Assembly (NCBI GenBank): GCA_964016885.1 | Contig: OZ024740.1 | Location: 91,760,001 to 91,824,000 of the forward strand | Reading direction: 5' to 3' | Length of the DNA stretch: 64,000 nucleotides | From: Eledone cirrhosa | Lineage: Eukaryota | Shown: piece after piece, positions 1 through 11,557 of the stretch | How the letters are laid out: each line of letters starts with the position of its first letter | Position numbering within the stretch: the stretch's first letter is position 1 | Translations under genes and position numbers: made by a program | Notes under the pieces: model-generated | Told to the model about the DNA's origin: nothing | The model's input: the letters and a program-made list of their open reading frames with translations, nothing else | The model's database searches: none

Positions 1-749
1 GCCGTGGAGCCGGTTTCGGAAGGAGGGGGGTTTTCTCCTTTCTCAGGGTCTTCTCGTTGCAGAAGGCCCTGAAGTGAGTCTTCGATCCACAGCGAAAGCA
101 TTTCAGGCGTTTGCCCTCAACACTTATGGGTAGTTGAGTACCGTTATCGAAGTCTATCACATCCGGGATAGCTTCCATGCACTCCTGGTTGGTTTGGATT
201 AACATCTCAGTGGAGATGCCGACCCAATCTTCTCTTACTTTTTTCTGTACTTGCAGTACAGTTATTTTGTCCTCGATTCCGACGAGGACAGACGCGGCCA
301 GCCAAGAAGGGGCCATCCCGGGGGGGCGTGGGTCCGTTTGACCCTCACAATTTTTTGCCCGCAGTAGGAGGGCACCAACACTATTTCCTCGCTCCTTAGG
401 GTCACTACGGATTGAGACTTTGCGTCCTGGGGTGTGGCAAAAAGTACGTCTACGGTGGCATATTTCTTGCCTCGGGTGATGTGTGTTTTCCGCTGCCACA
501 CACACCCCAAGGCTTTTTGTATTTGAGCCTCTGTGTCTCTTTCCACCCTACGGGATTTTGTACTTACTGTACGGTACGTGACCGTACAGTGCTGTTGGGT
601 TTCGAAAAAATGTTCCGCTGCCTTTCAAATTGCTCGGTGTCCTGTTTTTGTCACCATCTTCTTCGCTTCCTCTAATTCCTCATTTGTTATGAGGATTGTT
701 TCCAGGTTCTTCGCGATACCTGCAAACGAGATTGGTTTTTCTTTGCTGC

Positions 750-782
<33 letters not shown>

Positions 783-1273
783 CGTCAGAGTTGCTGTTAC
801 TTTTGTTGTTGCTGCAGGTACTACGACTACTGCCGCCGCCGCTGTTGCTGTGGTTGCTGTTGTTGTTGCTGCTGCTAATTTTGTTGTTGTTTATGCTGCT
901 GCTGATGATGTTGCGGCTGCTACTGTTGTTTTCATTGTCACTGTTGCTGTTGTTATTACGGCTGCTACTGCTATTATTCCTGACGTCAGACGAATGAAAT
1001 GGGTTTTCGTATTTCCCCGCACACCTGTTTCGTCGTTGTCGTCGTCGTCGTGGAGAATTTTTGCACGTTTTGCACGAGACTTTTCTTTTCTGTCGTCGCT
1101 TGCGAAAGAGAAGGGAGGGAGAGAGACACATTTAAAGAAGGGAGAGAGAGAGACAATCTTCTCTCTGCCGTAGTGACGATTGAGGAAGAAGAAGACAGAA
1201 TGAGTGGGAGTGACCTATGAACATTCTTTTTCGTAGCCATGTTGTTTTTTTGTTTAAAATAAATATTGGGCAC
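1..1273 (-). pseudogene. Gag-like ORF1 protein (N/S-rich N-terminus, RRM-like region, CCHC zinc knuckle), disrupted
   Basis: ISFAGIAK...EELEEAKKMV...QIQKALGCVW...RGKKYATVDVLFATP...LVPSYCGQKIVRV...CFRCGSKTHFRAFC; one internal stop and frameshifts. Confidence 0.7.
745..980. repeat. (GTT/GCT)n low-complexity trinucleotide tract encoding the poly-N/S segment of ORF1
   Basis: Direct inspection. Confidence 0.9.
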
Positions 1274-1454
1274 AAAACCCCAATAAGCAGTTATTTAAGC
1301 CCGAACGGCCAAATATCGGGCAGAAAGACCCCTCACACGAGGGGGAGGGTGTTTTTGTCTACAAGTTGGTAAAAGTTTTAAACAATTTACAATTGTTATA
1401 GCGTTCAAAATTTACAATAACTTACAGAGCCGAGCCTCCGTCACCATACCATTC

Positions 1455-1487
<33 letters not shown>
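1455..1487. repeat. (AAT)n microsatellite at the junction between elements A and B
   Basis: About 11 perfect AAT units. Confidence 0.95.
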
Positions 1488-1488
<1 letters not shown>

Positions 1489-3736
1489 TTTTCTTTATTA
1501 ACCAGTGACCTGAGGTCGTTGAGCAGGTGGCCCTGCTTCCATGACGACCCCAAGCCACGCGCATTTATGCTGCCTATTCTATGTGAGGTCATGTTGAAAC
1601 GGAGTGGAAAATATGGGAAAGACCACTTACCTTACTTCTCGTAGAGGAAGGATGGTTAGTCCATCCTTTTCACTGCTTGTGGCCTCCTCCGGAAGGATGT
1701 CCTTATAAATCCTCCTGGAGAGTGTTTGTCGGAAGTCTCCGATGTCTTTGGGGAATTTTTGTTTCAGTGTCGTGTACATTTTCTGTGTGATGCGAGTGAT
1801 TTGTATGTGTGGAGGTGGTGTGAACTTTTGGGTTGTTGTGTAGTCTTTTTCTGTGATGCTGGTGTTGTGTTGCTTGTAGTGTAATAATTGGTTGTTCAAA
1901 TTTAATGCTGTGTAGTGTGTATCGTTTTGGTTGTTTTGTTTCTGTTACGCTTTTTGGTGACTTTTGTGGTGTTGGTGAAGGTGGTGTTGGAGTTAATGAT
2001 GGTGATGGTGTTGGTGTTTGTGGTGATCGGGTTGGTGATGCTGGTGTGGATGGTAGCATATCTGTCTTAACTTTCTTGTTAGATAATTTATTTGTTTCCC
2101 TCTGTATTTTGTTTTTTGAGGGGGAAGGAAGAGAATTTTTTTCTTTTTCGGTTTCTTTTTTTTTTCTTTTTTCCTGATACCGTTTCCCACTCCTCGTCCT
2201 CACAATCTGTCTCAAGTTATGATAAGCCGGGGGGGGGGGGAATCCTCCACGGGCGTTGGTTTTGTTGTCGCGTGGTAGATGGTGTAGGCGCTGGTGCTAG
2301 TTCTGGTGCGCTGGGTGGTGGTGGTGTTGGTTTTGCTACTGTTGCTGGGGTTGTTGCTGTTACAGTTGCTTCTGTTGTTGCTGCTACAGTTGTTGCTGCT
2401 ATTTATGCTGCTGGTGGTGTTGATGGTTGAGTCACTGGGGTAGGTAAGAGCGAAGGCCTTAACCTTTTAGCCTGAGGGCAGAAAGCCCTTAGGTGGGTTC
2501 CTTCACCACAAACGACACACCTAGGTCTTCTGCCCTCGACGATTACGGTGTGGTGGCTGCCGTCAGTGAGGTTTATTACCTCTGGGATCTCTTCAATGAT
2601 TTTATGGTCCGCTTGGATCAGGAGCTCCATCCCAGATCCGGACCTGTTCTCCTGCTTTTCTTTTGCTATTTCTATTATTTTGGTGTTGGCCTCGATGCGG
2701 GCGAGGACGGCAGCCATTAGCCAGGGAATTTCGATGGCCGGTGGAACGTGGGTCACCCTGATCTTCACAAGTCTCTGGCCACAATAGCTTGGGATGAGTA
2801 TGAAGTCGTCACTTCTTAATGGGGCCATGAAGTGTTCTCTGGCCTCCTGAGGTGTTTCAAAGAACACGTCCACGGTTCCATACTTCTGCCCACGTCTGAT
2901 GTGGGGTATTTTTGCCCACAGATGTCCCAAAGCATTTTGGATTTGGGACTCAGATGCCCGTACCACTCGGCGCGATTTTATGTTTATTGTCCGATAAGAC
3001 ACGGTGCATAGGCGACGTTGCTCCATTTTATTAGGGGGGGGGGGGCTTACCCTGTACCCATCTTTCTTTACCATTCCTTTGGCTTCGTCTAATTATTCCT
3101 GAGTTACCCTTAATCGCTTCGTACGTTTTTGCTACTCTGGCAAAACTCAGGGTAGTTTTAATTTCATTGTTGCTGTTGTTATTATCGTTATGTTTGCTAT
3201 TGTTAATTTTAGTTTAAGTTGTGGTGGTGGTGGCGTCAGTGGTGTTCGGTGTGGAATAGTTCATTTTGGTTGAATTCATTTCGATATCATGAGTTAATTT
3301 TTTTTCTTTTATTTCTGTTGTTGCTGTGGTGGTGGTGATGGTTGTGGCTTTAACAACTGCAGTCATTGGTAATGGCCGGAAATGAACGTCTGCCTGAGAC
3401 AAATTTAAAATATTGCTACTGCTTACAATTCCACTGTTGGCAAACGTATCAATGTTTACAATGGTGGTGTCGGTGTGAGGTGTTGGATGGTGAGGAAGGA
3501 GTGAATCTGAGTCATCCATTATTTTTCAAAGAAAACATTTGTTGTTTGATAATTATAAAAAGTTTAAATTTTGGGCTCAAGGCCCCAATATTTTTGAGAG
3601 TCCTTTTCAGAAATCAATGTATGTGCACTTATATATAGTTAACAATAAAAATTTTCCATAAATGGCAATTTTAAATAACTGAAAATAACAAACCTTTGCG
3701 GAGCTCACGATGATACGATTTACTACGTAGGTCGCC
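1488..3736 (-). mobile_element. ORF1-only (HAL1-like) non-autonomous L1/Tx1-type retroelement (element B), about 2.25 kb
   Basis: Bounded by (AAT)n on both sides. Its 3' end (minus strand) TGGTTAATAAAGAAA is identical to the 3' end of the Tx1 ORF2 element at 6280-6294. It contains only a gag-like ORF1, with no endonuclease or RT in the ~1 kb between the knuckle and the tail. Confidence 0.7.
1627..3519 (-). pseudogene. Gag-like ORF1 of element B (T-rich N-terminus, RRM-like core, CCHC knuckle, P/T/K-rich C-terminal region), fragmented
   Basis: ORF pieces 3214-3519, 2403-3074 (…RRGQKYGTVDVFFETP…VEGRRPRCVVCGEGTHLRAFC), 1703-2215 and 1627-1899. Confidence 0.7.
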
Positions 3737-3762
3737 AATAATAATAATAATAATAATAATAA
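3737..3762. repeat. (AAT)n microsatellite between element B and the Dong/R4-like element
   Basis: Direct inspection. Confidence 0.95.
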
Positions 3763-6272
3763 CTGAAGCAACGCATTGTAGCACAAAGTGCAAAAGATTA
3801 GGCGGTATGAGAACAGAGTTAGTCAGTATAGACAGAACCGCATGTTTGAAAGCAACCAGAATATGTTGTTTGGACAGTTTGAAGGGAAAGAAAGAGGCAA
3901 CGACTTGATCCCTGAGGCGGAACAAACAATGACATTCTGGAGAGGAATATGAAAGCAGGATGTTGAACATAATAGTCACGCAGTGTGGATTGAGACAGTA
4001 CACAAGGAAATTAGTGAACAAGCATACCAACAACCTGATTTGAGTATCACAGTTGAAACTATTAAAAGCCAGGCCAAAAAACAAACTAACTAAATGGAAA
4101 TCACTAGGCCCAGATGGTGTGCAGGGGTATTGGATTAAAAAGATAACGTCCTTCCACCCGAACCAGTCAACCATGTTCAATGACGGCTTAATGTCGGGTG
4201 AGGTACCAGAGTGGTTGATAAAAGATACTACATTCCTGGTAATGATAGACCGAATCAAGGGTAATGATGTTACCAAATATAGGCCTATCACAGGCCTGTC
4301 CGTAATGCAGAAACTGTTAAAAAGCATTGTTGCTGAGGAAATCTATCATCAACTCCACACAAACAACTTGTTACCGGACCAACAGAAAGGATGCCGAAAG
4401 AAGTCCCGTGGTACCAAAGACCAGTTACTTATTGATAATATGGTAATAAGACATTTCAAGAGAAGACACACTGGTCTTGCCATGGTATGGAATGGTTACA
4501 AAAAGGCATTTCACGTTGTGCCTCATTCTTGGATAAACAAAAGTCTAGATATCTTCAAGGTGGCAGATAGCATCAGACAGTTGTTGAGCAAAAGTATGAA
4601 GTACTGGGAAACAGAGTTAACATCGGGTGGGGAATCCTTGGGAGGCGTGAAGATTAAGAGAGGTATCTTCCAGGGAGATAGTTTATCCTATCTGCTGTGT
4701 GCCCTTGCCCTGATACGCCTGACCTTGATATTGCGAAAAGTGAGAGCAGGATACAAGTTTGGAAAAGGAGAGATTACCATCAACCACCTCCACTTCGTGG
4801 ACGATCTAATACTCTTTGGGAAGTGTGAGGAGTTGGATGTACTTTCAGCAATGATATATGCATGGAATTTGGTGTTAATAAATGTGGAGTCCTAAATTGA
4901 GTAGAAGCAACGGAATCCAGGTACCAACAGGTGAGATGATAAAGGACATTGACACACAAAAAGGATACAAATATTCAGTTGTTCTGGAAGCAGATGGCAC
5001 CAAGAACAAAAACAAAATGAAAGAATTGATAAGATCTGAGTATATTAGGAGAATAAGGAGCGTATTAAATTCACATCTAAATAGTAGGAATGTCATAAGA
5101 ACAGTGAATTCCCGAGCTGTGTCTATTATTAGGTACAGTGCGGGAATTCTGAAATGGAATGTTGCTGAACAAAAAGAAATGGATAGGATGACTAGGAAGC
5201 TATTGACTATATACGACATGTTCCTTGAGAGGAGTGATGTCGATAGACTCTACTTAATGAGATCTGAAGGTGGAAGAGGTCTTATCAGCATAGACGACTG
5301 TGTTCAGATGGAGAAAAACAACCTGCACAAATACGTGACTGACAGTAGGGAGCCAATGCTCAAAATTGTACTGAAGGAGAAGATAATAGACCAGAGTATG
5401 TCCAAGGTGGAAACAACAAAAAGGAGAAAGAGCAAACTTCATGAAATATTCCTTCATATTACCTTCTTTAAGAAAACTGAATTTAGTGATCGACAGATAT
5501 GGAACTCGTTGAAAAGCGGTGATCTTAAACAGGCTAAAGAATGAATGCTAATGGCTGCACAATAGCAGGCCCTCAGACAGAAGTGGGTGAAACACCATAT
5601 TTCCAAAGAAGAGCTTGCCCACTGTGTAGGATCTGTGGAGAGAGAGGAGACTGTGGCTCGCATTGTATCCGAGTGTAAACACCTAGCCCAGACTCAATAT
5701 AAAGGCTGCAGACATGATGTAATAGGCAGGGTGTTCCACTGGCATCTATGAAAAGTAAACAATTTACCACGTTCTGAGAAGTTGTATAAGCATAAGCCAG
5801 AGTCGGTGAAAGAAAACAATCAGGTGCAGGTGCTATGGGATTTTAGGATACAAACGGACAAGAAATTAAAACACAATAGGCATGATCTGGTGGTTTTGGA
5901 CAATGAAAAAATGTCCTACCTGATTGTAGATTTAGCCTGCCCACTTGACACGAAAAGCAAGAAAAGGAGAGGAAGAAAATTAACCGATACCAGGACTTAA
6001 AGTGGGAGGTAAAAAGGATTTGGAACTGCCATGAATTCAAGGTCGTCCCGATTGTCATAGGCGCACTAGATACTATCTCAAAGAGTTTTCATGGATGGTT
6101 AAAGAAGTTTAGTCCAACCCCGCTTTTTGGAACACTTCAAAATGAATGCTTGCTAGGAGCAACAAGGACCGTCCGATACGTCCTGAATATCTGAGGCTGC
6201 AAGTAGCGGCTTGATATTCATTTCAACAAACTTTCCAGTTAAATAACATCAGTCACTGAGACTCAAAGAATA
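3763..6272 (+). mobile_element. Dong/R4-clade non-LTR retrotransposon (RT plus restriction-like endonuclease), 5'-truncated and frameshifted
   Basis: WKSLGPDGVQGYWIK, YRPIT, QKGCRKKSRGTKDQLLID, KRGIFQGDSLS, HLHFVDDL, RLYLMRSEGGRGL; degenerate CCHC (CRICGE…ETVARIVSEC); RLE region WDFRIQTD…HNRHDLVV…IVDLACP…YQDLKWE…VVPIVIGAL; stop at ~6194; ends in AATAAT. Confidence 0.9.
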
Positions 6273-6277
6273 ATCAT

Positions 6278-7565
6278 GATTTCTTTATTAACCACAAGGG
6301 TTTACACAAAGTAAGACATTAAGGACAATACAGGACAATACAGCAGAATAGAGTATAATACAGGACGGTAGAAGTGGGCATTTCTGCGTGTAAAAAAACA
6401 AGAACATAGGATGTAACGAAAAAAGAAGCAATGAAGATTTCCGCAATAGGGGGCAGAATTCCGAGGGAGATTCGTGGAGAAACCCCATTAAAAAAGCTAC
6501 GTTGACCTTGACCACCAGGGCAAGTGCCCTCTCCCAATTTTACACCTTTAATTTACAGGCACATACTCTCTTATCCATCTTTCAACAAAATGCTGGGAAG
6601 AGAGCACTTCCCTCTCTACCCTCATTTTCCTTTTAAAATAAAATTTGAAAAAGTTAATCTGGGCATCACCGAAGAGATAATGGCTGGTCATCAGTCCTTT
6701 CGAACGCGTCCACCATACTATCTCTTTCGCCATGGCCACCAGACAGATAGAAACTTCCTGCCCTTCCCGGATAAAAGAAGAGGGCGGGCTAAACTTCACG
6801 ATAGACTCAGGTGATAGCCGGATTGGTCCTACACGGGACAGCAGGTTTTTGACACAAACCCACAATACAGCAATGCTCGGACACTGGACGAGTGCGTGCA
6901 GCGCGATTTCGTCGCCCTGCGCGCATCTCGACTGACGGCACTTCCATGCCTGTAGAGTTTATCTCGAACTGGCAAAGCTCCTCGGTAGCACTGCCAGAGC
7001 AGGGATTTCTGGAAGTTGTCCATAGACCCCGGTCGGAAAGTTCTTCTGAATAGATTGGCTATTTGATTTTCTTCGACGCCTAGAGTTTCCCCAAGTACGT
7101 AGTCACTGTTCCTCTCCAGTATCCTCTATAGAACTCCAAGGTGGAGTTTCCACCGATCACTTTTCCCGCCTGGTCGAGGGCTGTGAGCGTATGAAGACAT
7201 TGCAGTCTCCAAGCGCTCCCTTCTCGGTCTTCGCTTGACCCAGGAGTGCAGCTCCCTCAAGGAGACGAGCTGGGGAAGAAGCGTCTAGCAAACGGCGACA
7301 ACACATGATCACCGTCGAGGAAGAGGTGGAGATGTCGTAGCCTGAGCACGTGTCTGCGCATCATGAGCCACGGCATGCCCAGCCCTCCACGTAGCGGGTG
7401 TTGTCAGCAGATGGATCGCCTGATCATTGGAGCGCGTCTCTTCCACAAAAATTGGTACGACGGTCAGGCAGTAGTAGATGGCAGAGGCGATGTACGCATT
7501 CACCCTCTCCGCTCAACCTTTCCCGGATAGCTTTCTCTCTGCCCATTTCTGAGTGAGAGGAGCCA
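6278..7565 (-). mobile_element. L1/Tx1-type retrotransposon, 3' fragment of ORF2 plus 3' UTR (element D), 5'-truncated
   Basis: QKWAERKLSGKG…NAYIASAIYY…VVP, GGLGMP thumb motif, C-terminal WQCYRGALPVRDKL (zf-RVT-like); AATAAA at the 3' terminus. Confidence 0.8.
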
Positions 7566-9035
7566 CCAACTGTTTATTTAAATTAAACTGTTGGTAGAAA
7601 ATAGATGTAAAAGGGAGAGAGACAAAACATAAAGAGAAACAAATTAAGAAGAAGAGAGATAGATAGAAAAATATATTGAAAGGGAGGGAGACAGGATAGT
7701 GAGATGGGAGAAAGAGAAAGAGAGAGATAGAAGAAATAAGTGAAAATATATAATATTGAGAGTGAAGGAAAGAACAGATATTGAGATGGAGAGAGAAGAG
7801 AAAAGGTATTGAGAGGGAGAGAGAAAACATATTGAAAAAATATTGAAAAAAAGAGGGAGAAAGTGTAGTGAAAGGGAGAGAGGAGAAAGTGAAAGAGAAA
7901 GAGGGGCGAAGTGAGCGAAGAAATAAATTTTATATGGATGAGTAGTCAGAAGGTAAATATATCATTCATTATTTTATGTTTATATTATTTATAATGGTAA
8001 AGTTAAAAAATTAAATTAATGATAAAATCTTTACAAAAGAATATTGTTATAATTTAGTTAAACATTTAACCAGAAATTTATTTAAAATTTAATGAGAATT
8101 TAATTAAAATTGAATTAAATACAATAAGATATATTACAAAATGAAGTATTTAAAAATGTATTAAGATGTATTAATACTATATAGGTTTAGATGGGTATAT
8201 TATGTTATAGGTTATAAATTATTTGAATGTATAGTATTTGCATTGGAAAAAAGACGTAGTATAGTTTAATTGATTAAAGTAAGTTTGGCAACATTATATT
8301 TAACCAGAGTTTATTAATAGTTGTAATTCAAATCTTAAACATCAAATATTTATGAAGATTTACGAGAGTTTAGAAAGGAAAACAAAATTTAATTAGGAGT
8401 ATATATTAAACAATTTACAATTTCAACTATATATTAAGGCTATAGAAATTGAGATTATAAAAACATTAAGGAAGTTTAAAGGGAGTTAAAAGGGATTTTT
8501 TTAAAACCCAAATGACTCGAAGGATAGATAAAAATCACTACGAAATTTATAAGAGGTTATAAAAATTCATCTTAAAATATAATTAAAATATGAGACACAA
8601 TTATTCCACATATATATAAATAAATGATTGGATATATATATGAAAATACATAAGTATTAAAACATAATTGGATATATATGAACATACATGAGTATTAAAC
8701 ATGTTTAGAATATTGGAAGATGTAAGGGTAATGGAAGATATGAAAATAGTGGTTTTTCGTATCTTTCAAAAGAACCTTTCAAAAATTTAATCATAAGTTA
8801 TACACAAATGTCCAGGAAGAGTTTCGAAGGAAATTTTTGATTTTTTCAAAACATTTTCATGAAAGAATTTCTGGAGGTAGGATTGAAAGGTGCGATAATA
8901 TAAGTATTAGAAAGTAAAGGTTTTAAGGAGTAAATTAAAATTAATAAGTGTACTTTATATATTTAGGAACGTTAGAATTATATTGATATATATAATCTGG
9001 GGGAAGAGATTATAGGTGTTTGGATGTAGAAGACG

Positions 9036-10040
9036 TTATGTAAGGAAGAATGAACATATATTATATTTTATATATATATATATAAAAGGTGAGTTTAACC
9101 GATGTTTCCAAGAACTAAATAAATTATTCCACAAATTAGTAGAGTTCTTAGATTTTAGTATAAATAATATTTCCTCTACGCATAGGCAACAACATTTGGA
9201 TAGAGTTGTGTAAGGTGGTGCTTTGGAGACAATATTCAAAGATAAAGAGTAGATTATATTCTTGGAATTTAAATTCCATATTAAGTTGGATAGAGAAGTT
9301 GAAGATTTCTAGGTAATATTCGTAAAGGAACATTTATGGTTATTGAAACGAGATTTGAAGTCTGTCGAAGCAGAGCCGACATATTTGAAGGAATTATCTT
9401 TGGTTTTGACATTACAATTGTATACTATATTTTTAACTAAACAGTTGTTATTCAGAGGACAGTTAGATTTATTTCTACAATTACATTTATCGGAATTTAT
9501 ATTATTGGGAGCCATAACATTATATTGGATATTGCTGGAGGTATTAATGCTATTCTGGTTAAGTTTTAAATTCATAGTGGTAGAGTATGATAATTGAATA
9601 GTATGTCTATTAAAGATTGAGTAATATCTGTGCGTCTTGGCAAAACAATTATCTAGAGCTTTAAAAAATAGTTTAGCTATTGGAGTTTTAATACTTAATG
9701 AAAAAGGGGGAGTGACCCATAATATATTTCTAGTTCTATTTCGTCTTTTGATTTTCGAGTTAGTGCAAGGTTTCCTATTATAATTATAATTATAATTATA
9801 GTTATGGTTAATTGTCACATCCTTATTATCAATATATTTAATTTCATTATTATAGCCTGCTCTAATTAAAGGCTCGTTATAATATTGTGCCTCATCTTCA
9901 AATATATTTTTATTCGCTATAATTCCAGAAATACGTTGCTGCATAGAATTTACAATAGTGTTTTTAACGGATCTCGGGTGATTGGAATTAAAGTTAACAT
10001 AGTTTAAATGCTCATTGATTTTATGAAAAGGATAATAATA
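9036..10040 (-). pseudogene. PLE RT C-terminus and GIY-YIG endonuclease with CxCx5C motif
   Basis: YYPFHK…YVNFNSNHP…WVTPPFS…LSYSTTMN…CNCRNKSNCPLNNNCLVKNIVYNC…YVGSASTDFKSRFNNH, then SKAPPY…CCLCVEE. Confidence 0.88.
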
Positions 10041-10481
10041 CGTGTTCCTTCCTCTCTCCATCTCAATATTTGTTCTTTCCTTCATATTATATGTTTCCTT
10101 CACTCTCTCTCTCAATATTATATATTTTCTCATTTTTCTTCTATCTCTCTCTTTCTCGTTCTATTCTCTTCTCTCTCCCATCTCACCATTCTCTCTCCCT
10201 CCCTTTCAATATATTGTTTCTCTCTATCTCTCTCCCTCTCAATTTGTTTCTCTTTATCTCTGTCCCTCTCTATTTTTTGTCTCTCTCCCTTTTACATCTA
10301 TATACTTCCAACAGTTTAATTAAAATAAACCGTTGTTTTTTTCAATTTTTCTGACCCTCATTTGCATACTCACTCGCAACTTTGTATCATCCTCAATTAT
10401 TTCCACTCTCCAGCGAATTTCAACCGTTGAGACTGTTTTTTTTCCGGGTATGTCAATATTTATTTATAAAAACAAATCTGT

Positions 10482-10545
10482 ATTTTATCTGATGAAAGCG
10501 CACCATAATTTACCTTGGTCGCCCTTGAATTATATATAATAAAAT
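10482..10545 (+). ncRNA. Degenerate type I hammerhead ribozyme (GAAA changed to GAAT) in a PLE pseudo-LTR
   Basis: attttat-CTGATGA-stem II-GAAT-tatatata-ataaaat; homologous to the copies at 30764 and 58301. Confidence 0.55.
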
Positions 10546-10691
10546 GATTATGGTTTTATACATATACTGTCCATTTATTAATATATTGTATATTTACTCC
10601 GCTAAATCCTTGTGTGCTTTATATCAGATATAAAATTGTTTAAGCTTGTTGAATCCCAACAAATTAAATATAACCTCTGCATATATATATA

Positions 10692-11503
10692 TATATCAAC
10701 TAGAAATTGATTGACATATAATTAAACATATGAAACAATCACATGGGAAAATGTGTAAAAGTGTGTAAGCACACATAGCTAGGTAGGTAATTAAATAAAA
10801 TTAACTAGAACTTCAAAAATAGATACCTATTAATTTGATTAATCTTCCTCGTATATATTCCCTTAAAGAAATATATTTCACCAATTAATCGATTGGTAAA
10901 CGACAGTAGCCAGGGTTGGATTTTCAACAGGGAAGAGGTCCAGCCATCTGTGTTTACGCATCAAGTTCAAGTCAGCGACTGGCCAGTAACACGTGCTGTA
11001 TCCATTAAAAATACACACATCATAACAGCTTCGTCCCAGTGGCATGATGAGAGTTATCGACAACTAAAAACAGCAGTCAAGTACTTTCAACTGAGTTATC
11101 TCTACAATTAAGGGGCCGTATTTAGATATATATTCAACATTAAGATAAATTGAATTAAATTAAATTAAATCAAATTAAATTAAGGGTGTCATGTCAGATA
11201 GACATGCGCCATATCACACGTAGAATATGCTCCACGATGCTAATGAGTCGATCCGAGCATTTTATATCAACTAGAAATTGATTGACATATAATTAAACAT
11301 ATGAAACAATTGCAGCGGATAATTTGTAAAAGTGTGTAAGCACACATATCTAGGTATGTAACTAAATAAAGTTAAACTAGAACTTCAAAAATAGATACCT
11401 TATAATTTGATTAATCTTCCTCGTATATATTCCATTAAAGAAATAGATTTCACCAATTAATCGATTGGTAAACGACAGTAACCATGTCCTGGATTTTCAA
11501 CAA
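10692..11503. repeat. 571-bp unit plus ~240-bp terminal direct repeat (10692-10931 / 11263-11503), flanked by (TA)n
   Basis: tatatcaactagaaattgattgac…ggattttcaaca is repeated at a 571-bp offset. Confidence 0.9.
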
Positions 11504-11505
11504 GG

Positions 11506-11557
<52 letters not shown>

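Larger units (their letters stand above)
1..1454 (-). mobile_element. L1/Tx1-type non-LTR retrotransposon, 5' part (element A): 5' UTR plus disrupted ORF1; continues beyond the window start
   Basis: ORFs 625-1131 and 262-546 are in the same frame, separated by one TGA. After a frameshift in the G-run at ~320 the protein continues WLAASVLVGIEDK...SVEGKRLKCFRCGSKTHFRAFC (CX2CX4HX4C knuckle, ~59-100). It is colinear with ORF 2403-3074. The 5' end abuts (AAT)n at 1455. Confidence 0.75.
7566..10680 (-). mobile_element. Penelope-like element (Naiad-type): RT thumb/GIY-YIG fragment, AT-rich 3' region and an inverted pseudo-LTR at 10040-10680
   Basis: GIY-YIG ORF 9309-10040; 7566-7830 is the reverse complement of ~10040-10335; hammerhead-like motif at 10482-10545; ends in (TA)n. 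Confidence 0.85.

Noticed and set aside
533-997. Poly-Leu, poly-Cys and poly-Val ORFs on the plus strand
   Set aside because: Antisense readings of the (AAC/AGC)n tract within retroelement ORF1
1455-3762. Telomeric HeT-A/TART-like function for the gag-only chain
   Set aside because: No telomeric repeats or chromosome-end evidence in the window; the analogy is architectural only
9036-10040. Selenocysteine (in-frame TGA) recoding, reported for some Naiad elements
   Set aside because: The conserved Cys positions here and at 56.6-57.0 kb are ordinary Cys codons; the disruptions are other stops or frameshifts
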